Source of the DNA: Azolla caroliniana
Lineage: Eukaryota > Plantae > Polypodiophyta
Length of the DNA stretch: 64,000 bases
NCBI GenBank assembly: GCA_043228905.1
Contig: JBHGNT010000011.1
Location: 6,634,001-6,698,000 of the forward strand
Direction of reading: 5' to 3'
A program made the translations under genes and the position numbers. Under the pieces are notes generated by a model. That model was not told where the DNA came from. It did not search any database and saw only the letters and a program-made list of their open reading frames with translations. This document shows, piece after piece, positions 11,170-23,282 of the stretch. Each line of letters starts with the position of its first letter. The stretch's first letter is position 1.

Positions 11170-13132
11170 CACCGAAGCACCAGGACGATTGGGCCGAGAT
11201 TCTCCACTTTGCGGAGTTTGCGTATAATAATGTTGTTCACTCTTCGACTCGAGTCTCCCCATTCTATGCTTATACCGGTTCTCATCCTCGTTGGTCGGTG
11301 ATCAACACCCCGGAACTACCTACGAATCCTCGTGCCGGGGATCATTTGGAGAGACTACGCAAGATCCAGATAGGTCTCTCGACTCATCTTCGTCATGCTC
11401 AACAAACACAAAAGACTTACGCAGATCGTCATCGGCTTCCCTCCTCTTTTGCCATCAGAGATCGAGTATGGCTCTTACGTCGTCACATCAAGACTACTCG
11501 ACCGTGCGACAAGTTGGATTATCGACGACTCGGTCCTTTCCGTATTACGGGTAAGGTTAATGATGTGACATTCTGCCTTGATCTCCCTCCGCAGCTTCAA
11601 ATACATCCAATTTTCCATTGTTCTCTTCTTGAACCTTATAAATCCAACACCATTCCCGATCGTGTTACACCACCGCCGCCCCCACTAAAGTTGGACGTCG
11701 GCCCGGAGGATGAAGTTGCTGCCATCCTCGATTCCAAACTTATTCGCAACAAACTTTATTATTTGGTCGATTGGGTTGGTTATAGTCTGAGCGAACGCAC
11801 TTGGGAACCCGTTGAGCATGTTGTCAATGCTCAGGATCTGCTTGCTGATTTCCACCGAAAGTATCCGGACAAACCCGGTCCGCAATCAGCACTGACTAGT
11901 TCCACTCGTCGTCTTTAAGGGGGAGATAGTGTCATGATATGGCAAGACTCGAACCCATGACCTTATGGTATATGGGTCGAGCTCTTTGCGTATAATAATG
12001 TTGTTCACTCTTCGACTCGAGTCTCCCCATTCTATGCTTATACCGGTTCTCATCCTCGTTGGTCGGTGATCAACACCCCGGAACTACCTACGAATCCTCG
12101 TGCCGGGGATCATTTGGAGAGACTACGCAAGATCCAGATAGGTCTCTCGACTCATCTTCGTCATGCTCAACAGACACAAAAGACTTACGCAGATCGTCAT
12201 CGGCTTCCCTCCTCTTTTGCCATCAGAGATCGAGTATAGCTCTTACGTCGTCACATCAAGACTACTCGACCGTGCGACAAGTTGGATTATCGACGACTCG
12301 GTCCTTTCCGTATTACGGGTAAGGTTAATGATGTCACATTCCGCCTTGATCTCCCTCCGCAGCTTCAGATACATCCAATTTTCCATTGTTCTCTCCTTGA
12401 ACCTTATAAATCCAACACCATTCCCGATCGTGTTACACCACCGCTCGAGTTGGACGCCGGCCCGGAGGATGAAGTTGCTGCCATCCTCGTTTCCAAACTT
12501 ATTCGCAACAAACTTTATTATTTGGTCGATTGGCTTGGTTATAGTCCGAGCGAACGCACTTGGGAACCCGTCGAGCATGTTGTCAATGCTCAGGATCTGC
12601 TTGCTGATTTCCACCGAAAGTATCCGGACAAACCCGGTCCGCAATCAGCACCGACTCGTTCCACTCGTCGTCTTTAAGGGGGAGATAGTGTCATGATATG
12701 GCAAGACTCGAACCCATGACCTTATGGTATATGGGTCGAGCTCTTAACCATCACACCATCTATTGTAATTCATAGGATATTTTTTTCATTTATGTTTTAT
12801 TATAAGAAAGTAATGTATATTCCAGATTTCTCTGGACCATTCTAGAAGTTTCAGGATTACTCCTGACAACACTATAAAAGAAGGCACTAGACATTATGTT
12901 GAACCAAATTGGTTCAATGCCAGTCTTAAGCCTCTTAGCCGCTTTGTACTTATCTTTTCACATAATATATTAAGCTGTTGTCATCATCTTTCTCTCTCTC
13001 TCATCCTCGCTATCTCTCTCTCCTCTTCTCACTTCCTCTCTCGGGAATCTCACGCAGTCCCGTCTTCTTAGTACTAATAGTACTTCTCTTATTAGTACTA
13101 ATTCCATCTCTGCTTTAGTACTATTCCTAACA
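11170..13132 (+). mobile_element. Chromovirus (Tcn1-like Gypsy) 3' end: integrase C-terminus, chromodomain, PPT and 3' LTR, with a tandem duplication
   Basis: DDWAEILHFAEFAYNN, KLDYRRLGPFRI, IHPIFHCSLLEPY, chromodomain EVAAILDSKLIRNKLYYLVDWVGY...TWEP. PPT AAGGGGGAGATAG. LTR 12689-13132 (TGTCATG...TAACA). Confidence 0.9.
11217..12743 (+). repeat. Tandem duplication (768 bp + 759 bp) of integrase/chromodomain, PPT and first ~55 bp of the LTR
   Basis: 11217-11984 is repeated at 11985-12743 with a few substitutions and a 9-bp deletion. Confidence 0.95.
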
Positions 13133-15348
13133 GTTTAAGGTGAAATACAACAGCAACGGCTCGGTCAACCGATATAAGGTCGTTTTCTTGCGAAAGGCTA
13201 CACACAGAAGCACGACGTAGATTACAACGAGAAGTTCGCGCCGGTTGCGAAGATGACCACGGTGTGCGTTTTGCTAGCCATAACACCCATGATGGGGTGG
13301 CACTTACATCAGATGGATGTAAAAAATGCTTTCCTGGAAGGTGATCTTGAGGAATAGGTGTACATGGTACAACCCCCTAGATTACTATCCGAACAGAACA
13401 CTTCGGCAGTTTGCCCATTGAAGTAGTTATACGGACTTAAATAAACCCCGCGAGCTTGGAACGCGAAGATTACGCAACCGTTGCATAGAATGGGGTTTAC
13501 AACGTCCAGATCAGACTCTTTGTTGTTCATTCGGGAAGGTCGACATTGACCGATTTGTCTTTTACTTTATGTTGATGATTTAGTCATCGCCGGTGCCGAC
13601 CTGGAAGAAATCGCCCACATAAAGTCTCAGCTTGCGGCATCGTTCGAAATGAAGGATCTTGGAGACCGTCATTACTTCCTCGGGATCAAAGTGATCCGCA
13701 CCCCCGAAGGCATATTGATAAGCTTGTGTCACTACGCGTTGAATATGCTTTTTAAGTTCAGGATGGCAGATTGTAAGCCCCTCTCGACCCCTCGGGATAG
13801 AAACGTAAAGCTTCACCGAGATTCGGGAAAGGCATGCGACCCAACAAGGTTCTGAGAGATTGTCGGAAGCCTAATCTACTTGACGATCACTCGGCCAGAT
13901 CTTAGTTACCCGGTCGGCTTGATGAGTCAATTTATGTCGCAACACACGGACTAACACTTTCAGTGCGAGCAAAGGATATTGTGATATGTCAGCGGCACTA
14001 AGGACATGGCATTGCTATATCGAGTAGGCATAGCCGAACAGTTAGTTGGCTACATGGATGCCGATTGGGCCGAAAATGCCAACGATCATAGATCCACATC
14101 CGGATACACATTCTCAATGGGAAGTGCGACGATCGCGTGGAGTAGTAAGAAGCAGCTGACAGTGGCACTATTGAGTACAAAGTCTGAATATCGAGAAGCG
14201 ATTGTCGCTATGTGCGAAGTCATTTGGTTGAAACTGCTATTACGGGATCGGCATGTGGAGGTGTCCGATATGACGATGATCTATTGCAACAACCTCAGCA
14301 GTATCCACCTTGCGAAAAATGTTGTATTCCACTCCTGGATCAAGCACACTGAGGTGCACTACCATTTTGTCCGCGAGCGTGTCCTTTCTGGTGAAGTCGA
14401 ACTAGCGTATGTTCCCACAGGTTAGCAAATTGCCGACCTCTTCACTAAGGCCCTTGGTCTCGACAAGTTGCAACATTTCTCAGGTGAGCTAGGTTTGTGT
14501 CACCTCGACACACTAAACTTGAGGGGGAGACAAGAGTGTAAACGTTAAAGGAGTGGTAGTGCCCGTGATTCCGAATCGGATGAAGAATTTGATTTCGGGT
14601 CGGTTGAAGAAGTCGAAGGAGGAAACAAGGGTCGTAATTGCAAGAAAGAGCCAGAGATAGCCGAACAAGGGGGAGATACAACTAAGAAGGGCATAAAGGC
14701 CAAGACCAAGATGTGGTCTGACGTTGTCAAGGGCTTGAAGACCGAAGACGAATTGGAGACAACCAATTCGGACGTGAGCGGAAACGAGTTGGTAGTGACC
14801 GATTCAATCGAAATGTTCGATTCGGACATGCTGAATCAACTAAGGGCTGAGCGGAGGAAAGGGCAGCGGAAGAGGCGCCAATACCAGGACAACAAGGGAG
14901 CTGAGAAGGGCCATATGAGCAGAAAAACCGACTAAAAGGGTTGAGGCGCGCGAAATCGAACGGGTCAAGGAGCGGGAGCAAGCCAGGAGCGAAGATCCGG
15001 AAGAGCGGATGGAACCTCAAGTTGAGCTTGAGAGGGAGTGTTGAGATACAAGCTCAACAAACATTGGATGTAGAAACGAGTGCGCAACCCAATGCGTAGA
15101 CTGGGTGCGTAAAACCATACGCACAACATGGTCGTAGCAATGCGTAAACCAAGAGGCCGTCAGAACTTTATTCCTTGTAAGGAATAATTTTGGGAGTTAG
15201 TGTAGAAGGCTCATTTATGAATAGTCAAGTCCTGACAGTACTTGTGTTAGCCCAATAGTCAGGGCTCGTATAAAAGGTCCTCATTGAGCACGAAGTATAG
15301 ACAGAGAGCACATGCAGAGATTTATTTTTTGAATATAGTTACGTTTCT

Positions 15349-15382
<34 letters not shown>

Positions 15383-15468
15383 CCTCTCCTTCTCTGTGAT
15401 TTCTGTGTTTTACCAAACTGTGTACTCTATGTCTTACGCATACACTTCCTCACACATATTCTTTTACA
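13133..15468 (+). mobile_element. Truncated degenerate Copia (RT, RNase H, charged C-terminal extension, 3' LTR)
   Basis: [38 protein letters not shown], RNase H ORF 14006-14425. PPT 15028-15038. LTR ~15039-15468, with the same start as LTR 9007-9302. Confidence 0.85.
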
Positions 15469-17470
15469 CGACGATTCGGCAAGTACCTTCATTCCCCATC
15501 CGGACACAATCGTGATCTCCAGTTGTGTAGGATGAGAAGCATTTCCGGTCTGGTGTCAGATGGAACGATGCTCCAGAATCGACAACCCACGTTGTATCGT
15601 CACCGACAAGGTTTACCTCATTCTCCTCGATAATGAGCATAAGTTCTTCTTCACTTGTCGTGATCGCCGTCATTCCCTTCTTATCCGAGCCTTTCCGGTC
15701 TGAATTGTTCCTATCCGAACCCTTCTTCGAATCGACACTATGATAGTCGATAGTTTTTCCGGAAGTGTCTTGGTGATAGGGTGTATAAGACATATGATAG
15801 TCGTACACAATATGATGGCTTGATCAAACCGATTAGATGGAGTTGTGAATTATAATAGATTATATAGACCAAGATAACTATGAATTAGAGAGAGAGAGAG
15901 AAACCCAAGATATTAAGAGAAGATGAGAAAGGGGTAAGATTGTTATAATATTCAATTATCAATACCATACAAAGGAGATGAACTCCATATTGAACTAAAA
16001 AACCAAAGACCTTCTTACTTCCAATCACTCAAACCCAGTACTCAGACCCTTCCTCTTCCACTAAGACACCTCTTCCCAAGACTCCTCCTCCATTATTCGG
16101 ACCCTTCCTCCTCTATTAGGATCCCCTCTTTATTAGGACCCCCACTTCTTCTTTTATAATTTCCTTCTTCTTCCTCATTCACGCTATTTTTAGAATCTTT
16201 TTATCTCCTATTTTTAGCTAAGGCCCAACGACCTTCTAATCGTCATATCTCCCTCATCAAAGCTCCAAAGTTAGTGATTTAAAAAGCTATAGATAGCTCT
16301 CTTTACAAGCTTTACATGATATTTGGGAGAAAAACAAAGGAGTTATGACCATTACTTTTTTACTATTTTTTATGGTCCTCTTTTTCTCTTTTTACTTTTC
16401 TCTTGGTCTCTTACTTTTACTTTTGAACTCCTCCTAAGGTCTTGGTTCGTGTTCTTGGCCTCCAAATGTGAATTATCCATACTTTATATTATTCTAATGT
16501 TCAATGGCTTAGATTCTAAAAACACTTTCACACTTGGCTTCCCACAATAGAAGCAAGTAGGCCTCCCCCTTGACTTCAACCATCTCCCCGACTTTTCCCG
16601 GTTCTGGGGACTTCGGTACCGGTTTCTTCCCCGATGATGGTCATCTTCCGTGACCAAGGCCTTCGAATCGGTTCCGGATTCCCGGTCCTTCCGGCGAGCT
16701 TCTTCATCTAGCAAGCTTGATTTTACCCTTGCTAGGGGCAACTGCTTTCCTTTCGGCCTAGCGTTGCCCAAAGTGACAACTAGCGTCTCCCAACTATCCG
16801 AGAGGGAACCGAGCAGGACCAATCCAAGTACCTCGTCGGCTAGAGGTAATTCGAGCGAAGTTGTTTGGTTTATGAGCCCCTGAAATGCATTCATGTACTC
16901 CGTCATGTTGGATCCATCCTGGTACCTGAGTCTCACTAACTTCCGGAATACCGAAACTCGATTTACGACGTTTTTACTCTCCAGCATGGTGTCGATTTTC
17001 TCCTAGAGTACATGAGCTTTAATTTCTTCATTGAAGTTCTTATATAGGCTCATGTCGATGAAGCACCAGATGTACGCCGTTGTCCTCTTGTGCATCAACT
17101 CCCATGTCATGGCATTGATCTTGTCCGGTTTCTTGTCCCCGAATTGTACTGGCAGTCAGAGATCTTTGACGACGAGAATGCCCCGCATCTTCGACTTCCA
17201 CACTTGGTAGTTGGAGCCGGTGAGCTTGAACATGCCTCCAGATGATTCTACCATTTCCTTTGCTCGCTCTAATACTAGTTTGTGGGAAATAGTGTAGAAT
17301 ATTGCTCGGCCTCTGCCGAGTCTTGAATCACTTCGATGAGAATCAAACACAGAAATGGGAAGTAGGAAGTGAACGCACGTACACACACAAACAACGATAG
17401 AGAACACAGGATGCTTACGTGGGAAACCCTAAATGGGAAAAAACCACGAGAGCCCAATCTAAGCAACAAT
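15469..17470 (-). mobile_element. Degenerate Copia 5' part (LTR remnant, PBS, gag, protease), related to the Copia at 23256 and 53756
   Basis: Gag MVESSGGMFKLTGSNYQVWKSKMR; ORF 16484-16987; CFYCGKP; protease WVVDSGASFHL. Degenerate PBS at ~17266-17277. LTR remnant from 17281. Confidence 0.85.
15774..16532. mobile_element. Solo LTR (759 bp) of an otherwise unrepresented family
   Basis: Begins TG, ends CA; 5-bp TSD CTTGG at 15769-15773 and 16533-16537; splits the zinc knuckle of the host Copia gag. Confidence 0.85.
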
Positions 17471-17800
17471 GGAATAGAAACAAAATAGTTTTAACAATAG
17501 ACGACAAAGATCCATAATAACAACATGGACAGTCATGGCAACAATTCTACGATGATGTTAAGGTAAACTTGGACCAAAATCAGCCTCAATTTAAACTAAT
17601 TCATGTTTCTCCATAAATTTGGTAGTCAGCTATGCATGCGGTGAAACCAATGTCATAAGTCTACTAACCAAGTATATAAAAATAAAATTGAAACATATAG
17701 AAGATTATAAAGAATAGAATCCACCAAGTAAAACCCAAAATTTGTATTAATAATATGAAATCCAAACATATCGTCAATGTCATTTTCTTCATAGAGTCTA

Positions 17801-20800
17801 TTACATAGCAATCAATTCATCAATGTCATTTTCTTCATGATCCTGTGTAGAAGTCTCTTCGGCTATACATGCATTGGCTTCCCCTGTTAGCCGAGCCAAC
17901 GAAATATCTTCTATAAGCTCATCATCAAGCTCTATTAGCTCTCCCAGTTCCCCGGCTAACGGAGGAATAGGCTCTCGCGAAGCAAGTTGAAACCTTTCTG
18001 TATCAGCGAGGTTCTTTGCACCGACCTCCTCGTACTGGTTTGGGCACTCCCACAAAGCCTTAATCCTCATGTTTATAAATATAACCTGCTCCTCGTCCTT
18101 CTCCAATGCAACCGTGTTTCTAAAGAGCTTCAATGCACATGCAGACCTCGTTCCTGTGAAGAAAGTAACAGAAGAATTAGCTCTCAAACCAAAAAGATTT
18201 GGTATTGGTTATCTCAAGATCGTTACCCTAGTTCGAGGAATACCTGTGCCAGAAAGAGATCTAATATCCAGTGTCCTGCGATAAAAAACATCTCGATCAA
18301 GCGCATCATAAGTCGTTGAGGTTTTTGGTATGGGTTGACAAGTCCCCATTCTGTCGTGGTGACATGTCGCAATTTCCGTGTTACTGCTGGATATACCAGC
18401 AAATTTGAACCTCCCACTTCATTAGAATGCTCCTTGATTCTTTGTTTCTTAATTTCATCGAAGTAGCCAACCGTGATGTATTCAATGGCATTAACAAACC
18501 GAAAGGTTGGCCCTCTATTTACATTGGTTTTTATCCTATAAAAATTAATACATTGAGTTAAGAATAGATTGAACAATCTTAAGAAATGCAATATAGTGAA
18601 TGAGACCTATAAATAATCCTTACCATGCAAGGTTCTCGATTCCATGGCAACGAGATCTCAAAGCTTGAGCTACCGAGTACCCTTGGTCCATACTATGAAA
18701 GACAACTATTCTCCACAAGGATGCAGTTGTTAGCTCAGCAAAATCCTGGACCATCTTCTCCAACTGTTTAAACCTAAACGGTTCATCATCGTATGATGAC
18801 CCAGCCATTCGAAATACGTAAGGAATATCCCCAATCATTAGCGTATATTCCTTCTTTGGCACCTTTTAGATCATGTCAACGACATGGCCGCAAACCACAT
18901 TGTAGTAAAGATCTCTCGTAATATCTTTTTTGTGGCTAAATTTTTTAAAGGAGCCATCTTCCTCCATTTCGTACGCCTTGCCTAAGCAATGATCCTTTTC
19001 TTTTCTAGCTCTCTCAAGATGTGCAAGGAAGGATGTCGGGAAATCGTGTATATCCTTAACTTCTCCTTGTTTCTTGCCACGACACGGTTTCTAATAGAAG
19101 TAATAGGACATCAAGTTTTATTATACAAGCTCTACATATGATGAAAGCGTAATGAAAAACTACCAATACTAACCCAATCCTTGAATGCAATAAATACTCC
19201 GATAACGCCTTATATGAAGACGTTAGAGGATAATCCTCGGTCACTTGTTCCCAAGTTATACATCCAAGTTGTTTCATCATAACTTCTTGGATCTTCATGT
19301 ATACCTTATAACTGTGAAATTAGAAAATGAGATTAGAACTTTGAATTGCACCATATAGACTTCAATATCAGTATTTGAAAGACTTACTTATTGAACTCAG
19401 TGACCATTTCTTCAAGGCTTAAATCATTGGCCACAACCCTTGACAAAACAGACACAAGAAGCTGCTCATCCTTAATACCTTGCATCGCTCTCCACAGAGA
19501 CAGCTTCATGTCATCAGCCACTTCTTCACATGTCAAGTCAATTTTCTTGGCCGCTTGTGACTTTAATTCTAGTTGAGGGTCAACCTTACATTTTTTTTGT
19601 CGTTGACCCTTGACCTCCTTATTCTCCCACATTGAGAAGATTTGATCCTGTAGGTCCCATACTTCTCCATCTCTAAAGGCCAGTTGAAACCAAGACTCAT
19701 ACTTTCAAAGAACATTGGACTTAACATTATCATCTACCACAATGCCAACTTCATGCAAGCATTGACGTCGTAGGCCTGGATGTAACTTCACACCAAACTT
19801 TTGTTTGACGTCCAAATACTCGTGGTGGAAGAACCTTATATGCTCAATCGACGACAATTTTTGCCTATAGTCATTATTATTATTGTGGTCCCATGCCAAT
19901 AGCTTTGCCTCTTGAGTTGTGAGACCCACGTAAATTTTGCACTCGACATACTTGAAGAAGAAAGTCGTTGGATGTTCTCTCACAAGTTGACGACATGACT
20001 CTGTTGAATGCGATCCACCAATGACAAAATAATTATATTAATCATGCTTTCTTATATCAAAATCTGCAATGGTTTCACATTCTTCAAGATCCACCATAAC
20101 AATAAAAGGCACCACAGTGGCATGAGGATTAATTTTCATTTTTTTCTTGAGATTTTGAACATGCATGCGGTGTGGCTCTCAAATCTCCAGTGTTCTTCGT
20201 CTTGTTTTTTCATCAATAGGGGGCCGATGGATGTGTGTTATAGGAAAATTAAACACTTGCCCTTTCCTGACCAGTTTACGTTGCATTAACTCTCTCCGTA
20301 TCTTATTCTGTTCGGATGACAAAACACCCGATGCCAGCTCAGCTCTTGGCGTCCCTTTACTGTCCTCATCTTCATTTTCACTTGATGAGTCGGAGTCCGA
20401 CATTTTGGTGGTCTTGATTGTACTTTAGATGCCCTTTTTGTGGCCTTCATTGGGGAGGGTAATGGCTCCCTTAGAGTTACATGGCCTTGTATATAAGGCC
20501 TCAAGGTAACAATAAGGTTTTGTGAACTTTCAAGATCTTTTTTGAAAGCTTCTGGCCCACAAGATTCCTTTACTAGAAGATCTTCAGAAAGGAACACTGT
20601 ACATACCCCCTTAGAGCACTCTATCATTACAAGTATGTTGACTGAATCTGCATCTTCATAGTCAAATTGTAGAATACAGCCAAACATAAATGGCTATTCA
20701 ACTTAGAAAATATATATCTTAATAAGTATACAAGGATATATATTGTCTTGAAGGGCAGGTATGGTTTATATTGATTCCATATCCATATTGTAGAGAATTT

Positions 20801-21663
20801 GCATATGTATCGTAAAGGTAATTTGTGGGTTATTTTGTACTATTTTAAGTTATACTAGGTCATGAAACCTCTATAATTAAGGCCCCTATTTTTTACAAAA
20901 TAAGGCAAATCACCCTAAAAAAAGATTGATTTTGACAGAAAGTTTGATATCTTTTCACACAATACTAAGTTGTTGCCCCAAAGACACAATATTCCTCTTT
21001 CAAGTTCTTGTTTTATATAGGGACGCAATACGCCGTATCGAGTTCATCTATCAAACACAAACATAATCCAGGAGCTCAATCGAGTTCCTCTGTAAAAGAG
21101 TTACATAACACAAGAACTCAATATGGCGTATTGAGTTCCTGTTTAAAACGCACACTATATACAGGAAAATATAAACTGTGTATAGGAACTCGATACGCCA
21201 TATCGAGTTCCTGTATAAAACAGAAATATTATACAAGAGCTCGATACGCCGCTCGATACGGCGTATCAAGTTCCTTTTTAAAACACAAACATTATACAGG
21301 AACTCGATACGACGTATCGAGTTCCTGTTTAAAACGCAAGCAAAATAGAGGAACTCGATATGGCGTATCAAGTTCGTGTTTAAAACACAAACATTATACA
21401 GGAACTCGATACGGCGTATCAAGTTCCTATTTCAAACGCAAACATAATATAGGAACTCGATACGCCGTATCGAGTTCCTGTTTAAAACAAAAACTTTAAA
21501 GAGGAACTCGATACACCGTATTGTGTTCATGTATAAAACCTAAACATCACACAAGAACTTGATACGCCGTATCGAGTTCCTGATGCTAAAAAATATTTAC
21601 AAAAATGTCCACAGTGTCAGAGGCTTACCTAGAGTCCTGGTGCTAGATTTTCTTTGAAGACAT
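17801..21663 (-). pseudogene. Intron-containing gene for ParB-like domain fused to a beta-class N6-adenine/N4-cytosine DNA methyltransferase (disabled)
   Basis: GT-AG introns at 18154-18243, 18536-18623, 19091-19173, 19312-19387 and probably 20702-21628. Spliced protein: YNVVCGHVVDMI*KVPKKEYTLMIGDIPY (motif IV), AWIKTN...FVNAIEYITV, NPYQKPQRLMMRLIEMF, WILDLF(S)GTGTRSACALKLFRNTVALEKDEEQ (motif I, 1-nt frameshift). N-terminal region LEI*EPHRMHVQNLKKKM...PFIVMV...YFVIGGSHS. TATAAATA (minus) at ~21783-21790. Several stops and frameshifts. Confidence 0.82.
21020..21581. repeat. Array of ~11 copies of the 29-bp palindrome AGGAACTCGATACG-N-CGTATCGAGTTCCT, 51-bp period
   Basis: Unit starts at 21298, 21349, 21400, 21451, 21502 and 21553 (exactly 51 bp apart), with more degenerate copies from 21020. 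Spacers are 22-bp, AT-rich and mutually similar. Confidence 0.93.
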
Positions 21664-22456
21664 GGTTGATATTTCTCGATTTTTAGGCGGAGATCTCACT
21701 ATCGTGCTCTGTGTGCTTTGTTTGCTCTATTTGCTCTGTGTGCTCTTGTCTTTCGTGTGAGTGAAATATGACGAGGTCTTCTTATTTATAGGGATTGACC
21801 ACAGTGGTTAATGTAAACATGGTCAGCTTAACCAGGGTTGGCAAGCGTGAGGTTAGTTAGTTAGTAACCACAATCACATTAACCTGAGTAACTTATGATT
21901 GCATTAATGATTACAAAGTCAAACTAACATACTGATGAATATTTTATAGTGAAAATAACTTACAATGACTTTGAAGGTCATGAAGGAAACAATGATAGAG
22001 GTTCATGAATGAACCAATGATTGATTACTGAAATCAACATTTTTATGACTCTTAATTGCTTTGTATTAAAGATATGGGCATGAATGAACCAATGATTGAA
22101 AAGTCTTATATTTAAAATGGTGGGCATTAATGAACCAATGACTGAGAAGTTCTATATTAAATATGGGTGCCATTAATTAACCAATGATTTTAACTTTAAT
22201 CCAACATATATATGGCTTGGTAATGATTGTAATTATATTATACTTGATTTAACTTCATATAGACTAGTTTAAGTAATTATTAATATGTTAAATACAATTA
22301 CTATATTAAAAATAATATTTTTATGTAAATTGTATTAATATAATATTAAATAATCTAGACATTATATTGAGGGAGCTTCTGTTTAGAGAGGAGCTTATTA
22401 GTTTTTTGCCTTAGCCTAAGCACATAACTTAAAGAGCTCTGCCTAGACCTTAAGCC

Positions 22457-23255
22457 ATGAGTGAAGATTCACCGTTCTCGATTGAAGAATATTGTTTGTT
22501 ATCAGACTCTTCGTTTTCTACCGAAGAATATTGTTTGTCGACAGACTCACCATTTTCTATTGAAGAATATTGTTTGTCGACAGACTCACCATTTTCTATT
22601 GAAGAATATTGTCTGTCGACAGACTCACCATATTCTATCGAAGAGTATTGTCTGAGCTCATCTTCACCTACAACGAATGTGAATAATGACACATGTGAAG
22701 AGTTCTCTATTGAAGAATACGATATTAATAAAGATACAGAGAATGAAGGTAGTGCCAATGAAACATCGAATATCATGGGCGATGGCGACAACAAAGAATT
22801 GGATAGTAACAAGGTTACACCAACTTCTATGCAGGAAGAGAAATCTGGAAGCCCTATGCATATTAGAAGAATCCCATGAAGAATTCGTCTAGGTAGATTT
22901 AACTTGGTGACATCAGATAAATAGATTGGATTTGATGTCAAAAAAATATGTTGTGCTCATGGTTGTATGTCTATAATTGGAAAATCAAAGTTGCGAGAAT
23001 TAAGGTGATACTATTTTTCGATGACTGGTGATGAGCAAGACACTTATCTCGGGTCACATCTGCAACTAGTGTCTGACAAATGTACGGGGATCAAAGTATC
23101 ATTCGAGTATTATATCTTCCATGTGCAACAGATATGTAGAGTTGCATTCAAAATTGCGTTATGTGTTAGTAACATGCGGCTACATAGAGTACAACAACGT
23201 CTACTTAGCGGGGATCAGATGCTTAATTGTAAAGAGGTTCCAAGTATGAAAGGTG
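22457..23255 (+). pseudogene. DDE transposase, N-terminal part (continues at 47642)
   Basis: ORFs 22457-22879 and 23021- are in the same frame with in-frame stops; CCAHGC and ICRVAFKIALCVSNMRL. Reads ...PSMKG|AIGRHAIGW... in frame once the Copia and one TSD copy are removed. Confidence 0.8.
22467..22655 (+). repeat. 39-bp coding minisatellite (about 5 x DSPFSIEEYCLST)
   Basis: Visible in the DNA and in ORF 22457-22879. Confidence 0.9.
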
Positions 23256-23282
23256 TGTTGGGAGACAGGTCCCTCCGGATGG

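Noticed and set aside
17470-17800. Left TIR of the large DNA transposon
   Set aside because: No AACACGTT...CACAAGTGGAAG match found by eye; probably deleted together with the rest of the adjacent LTR, so the left boundary is unsupported.
21008-21499. 163-aa and 123-aa repetitive ORFs
   Set aside because: Translations of the palindromic array; no coding evidence.
21020-21581. CRISPR array (palindromic repeat plus regular spacer)
   Set aside because: Spacers are only 22 bp and resemble each other, no cas genes are present, and the context is a eukaryotic intron.
17801-21663. Bacterial or phage contamination explaining the methyltransferase
   Set aside because: The gene has spliceosomal introns, one inside motif I, and is contiguous with plant retroelements.
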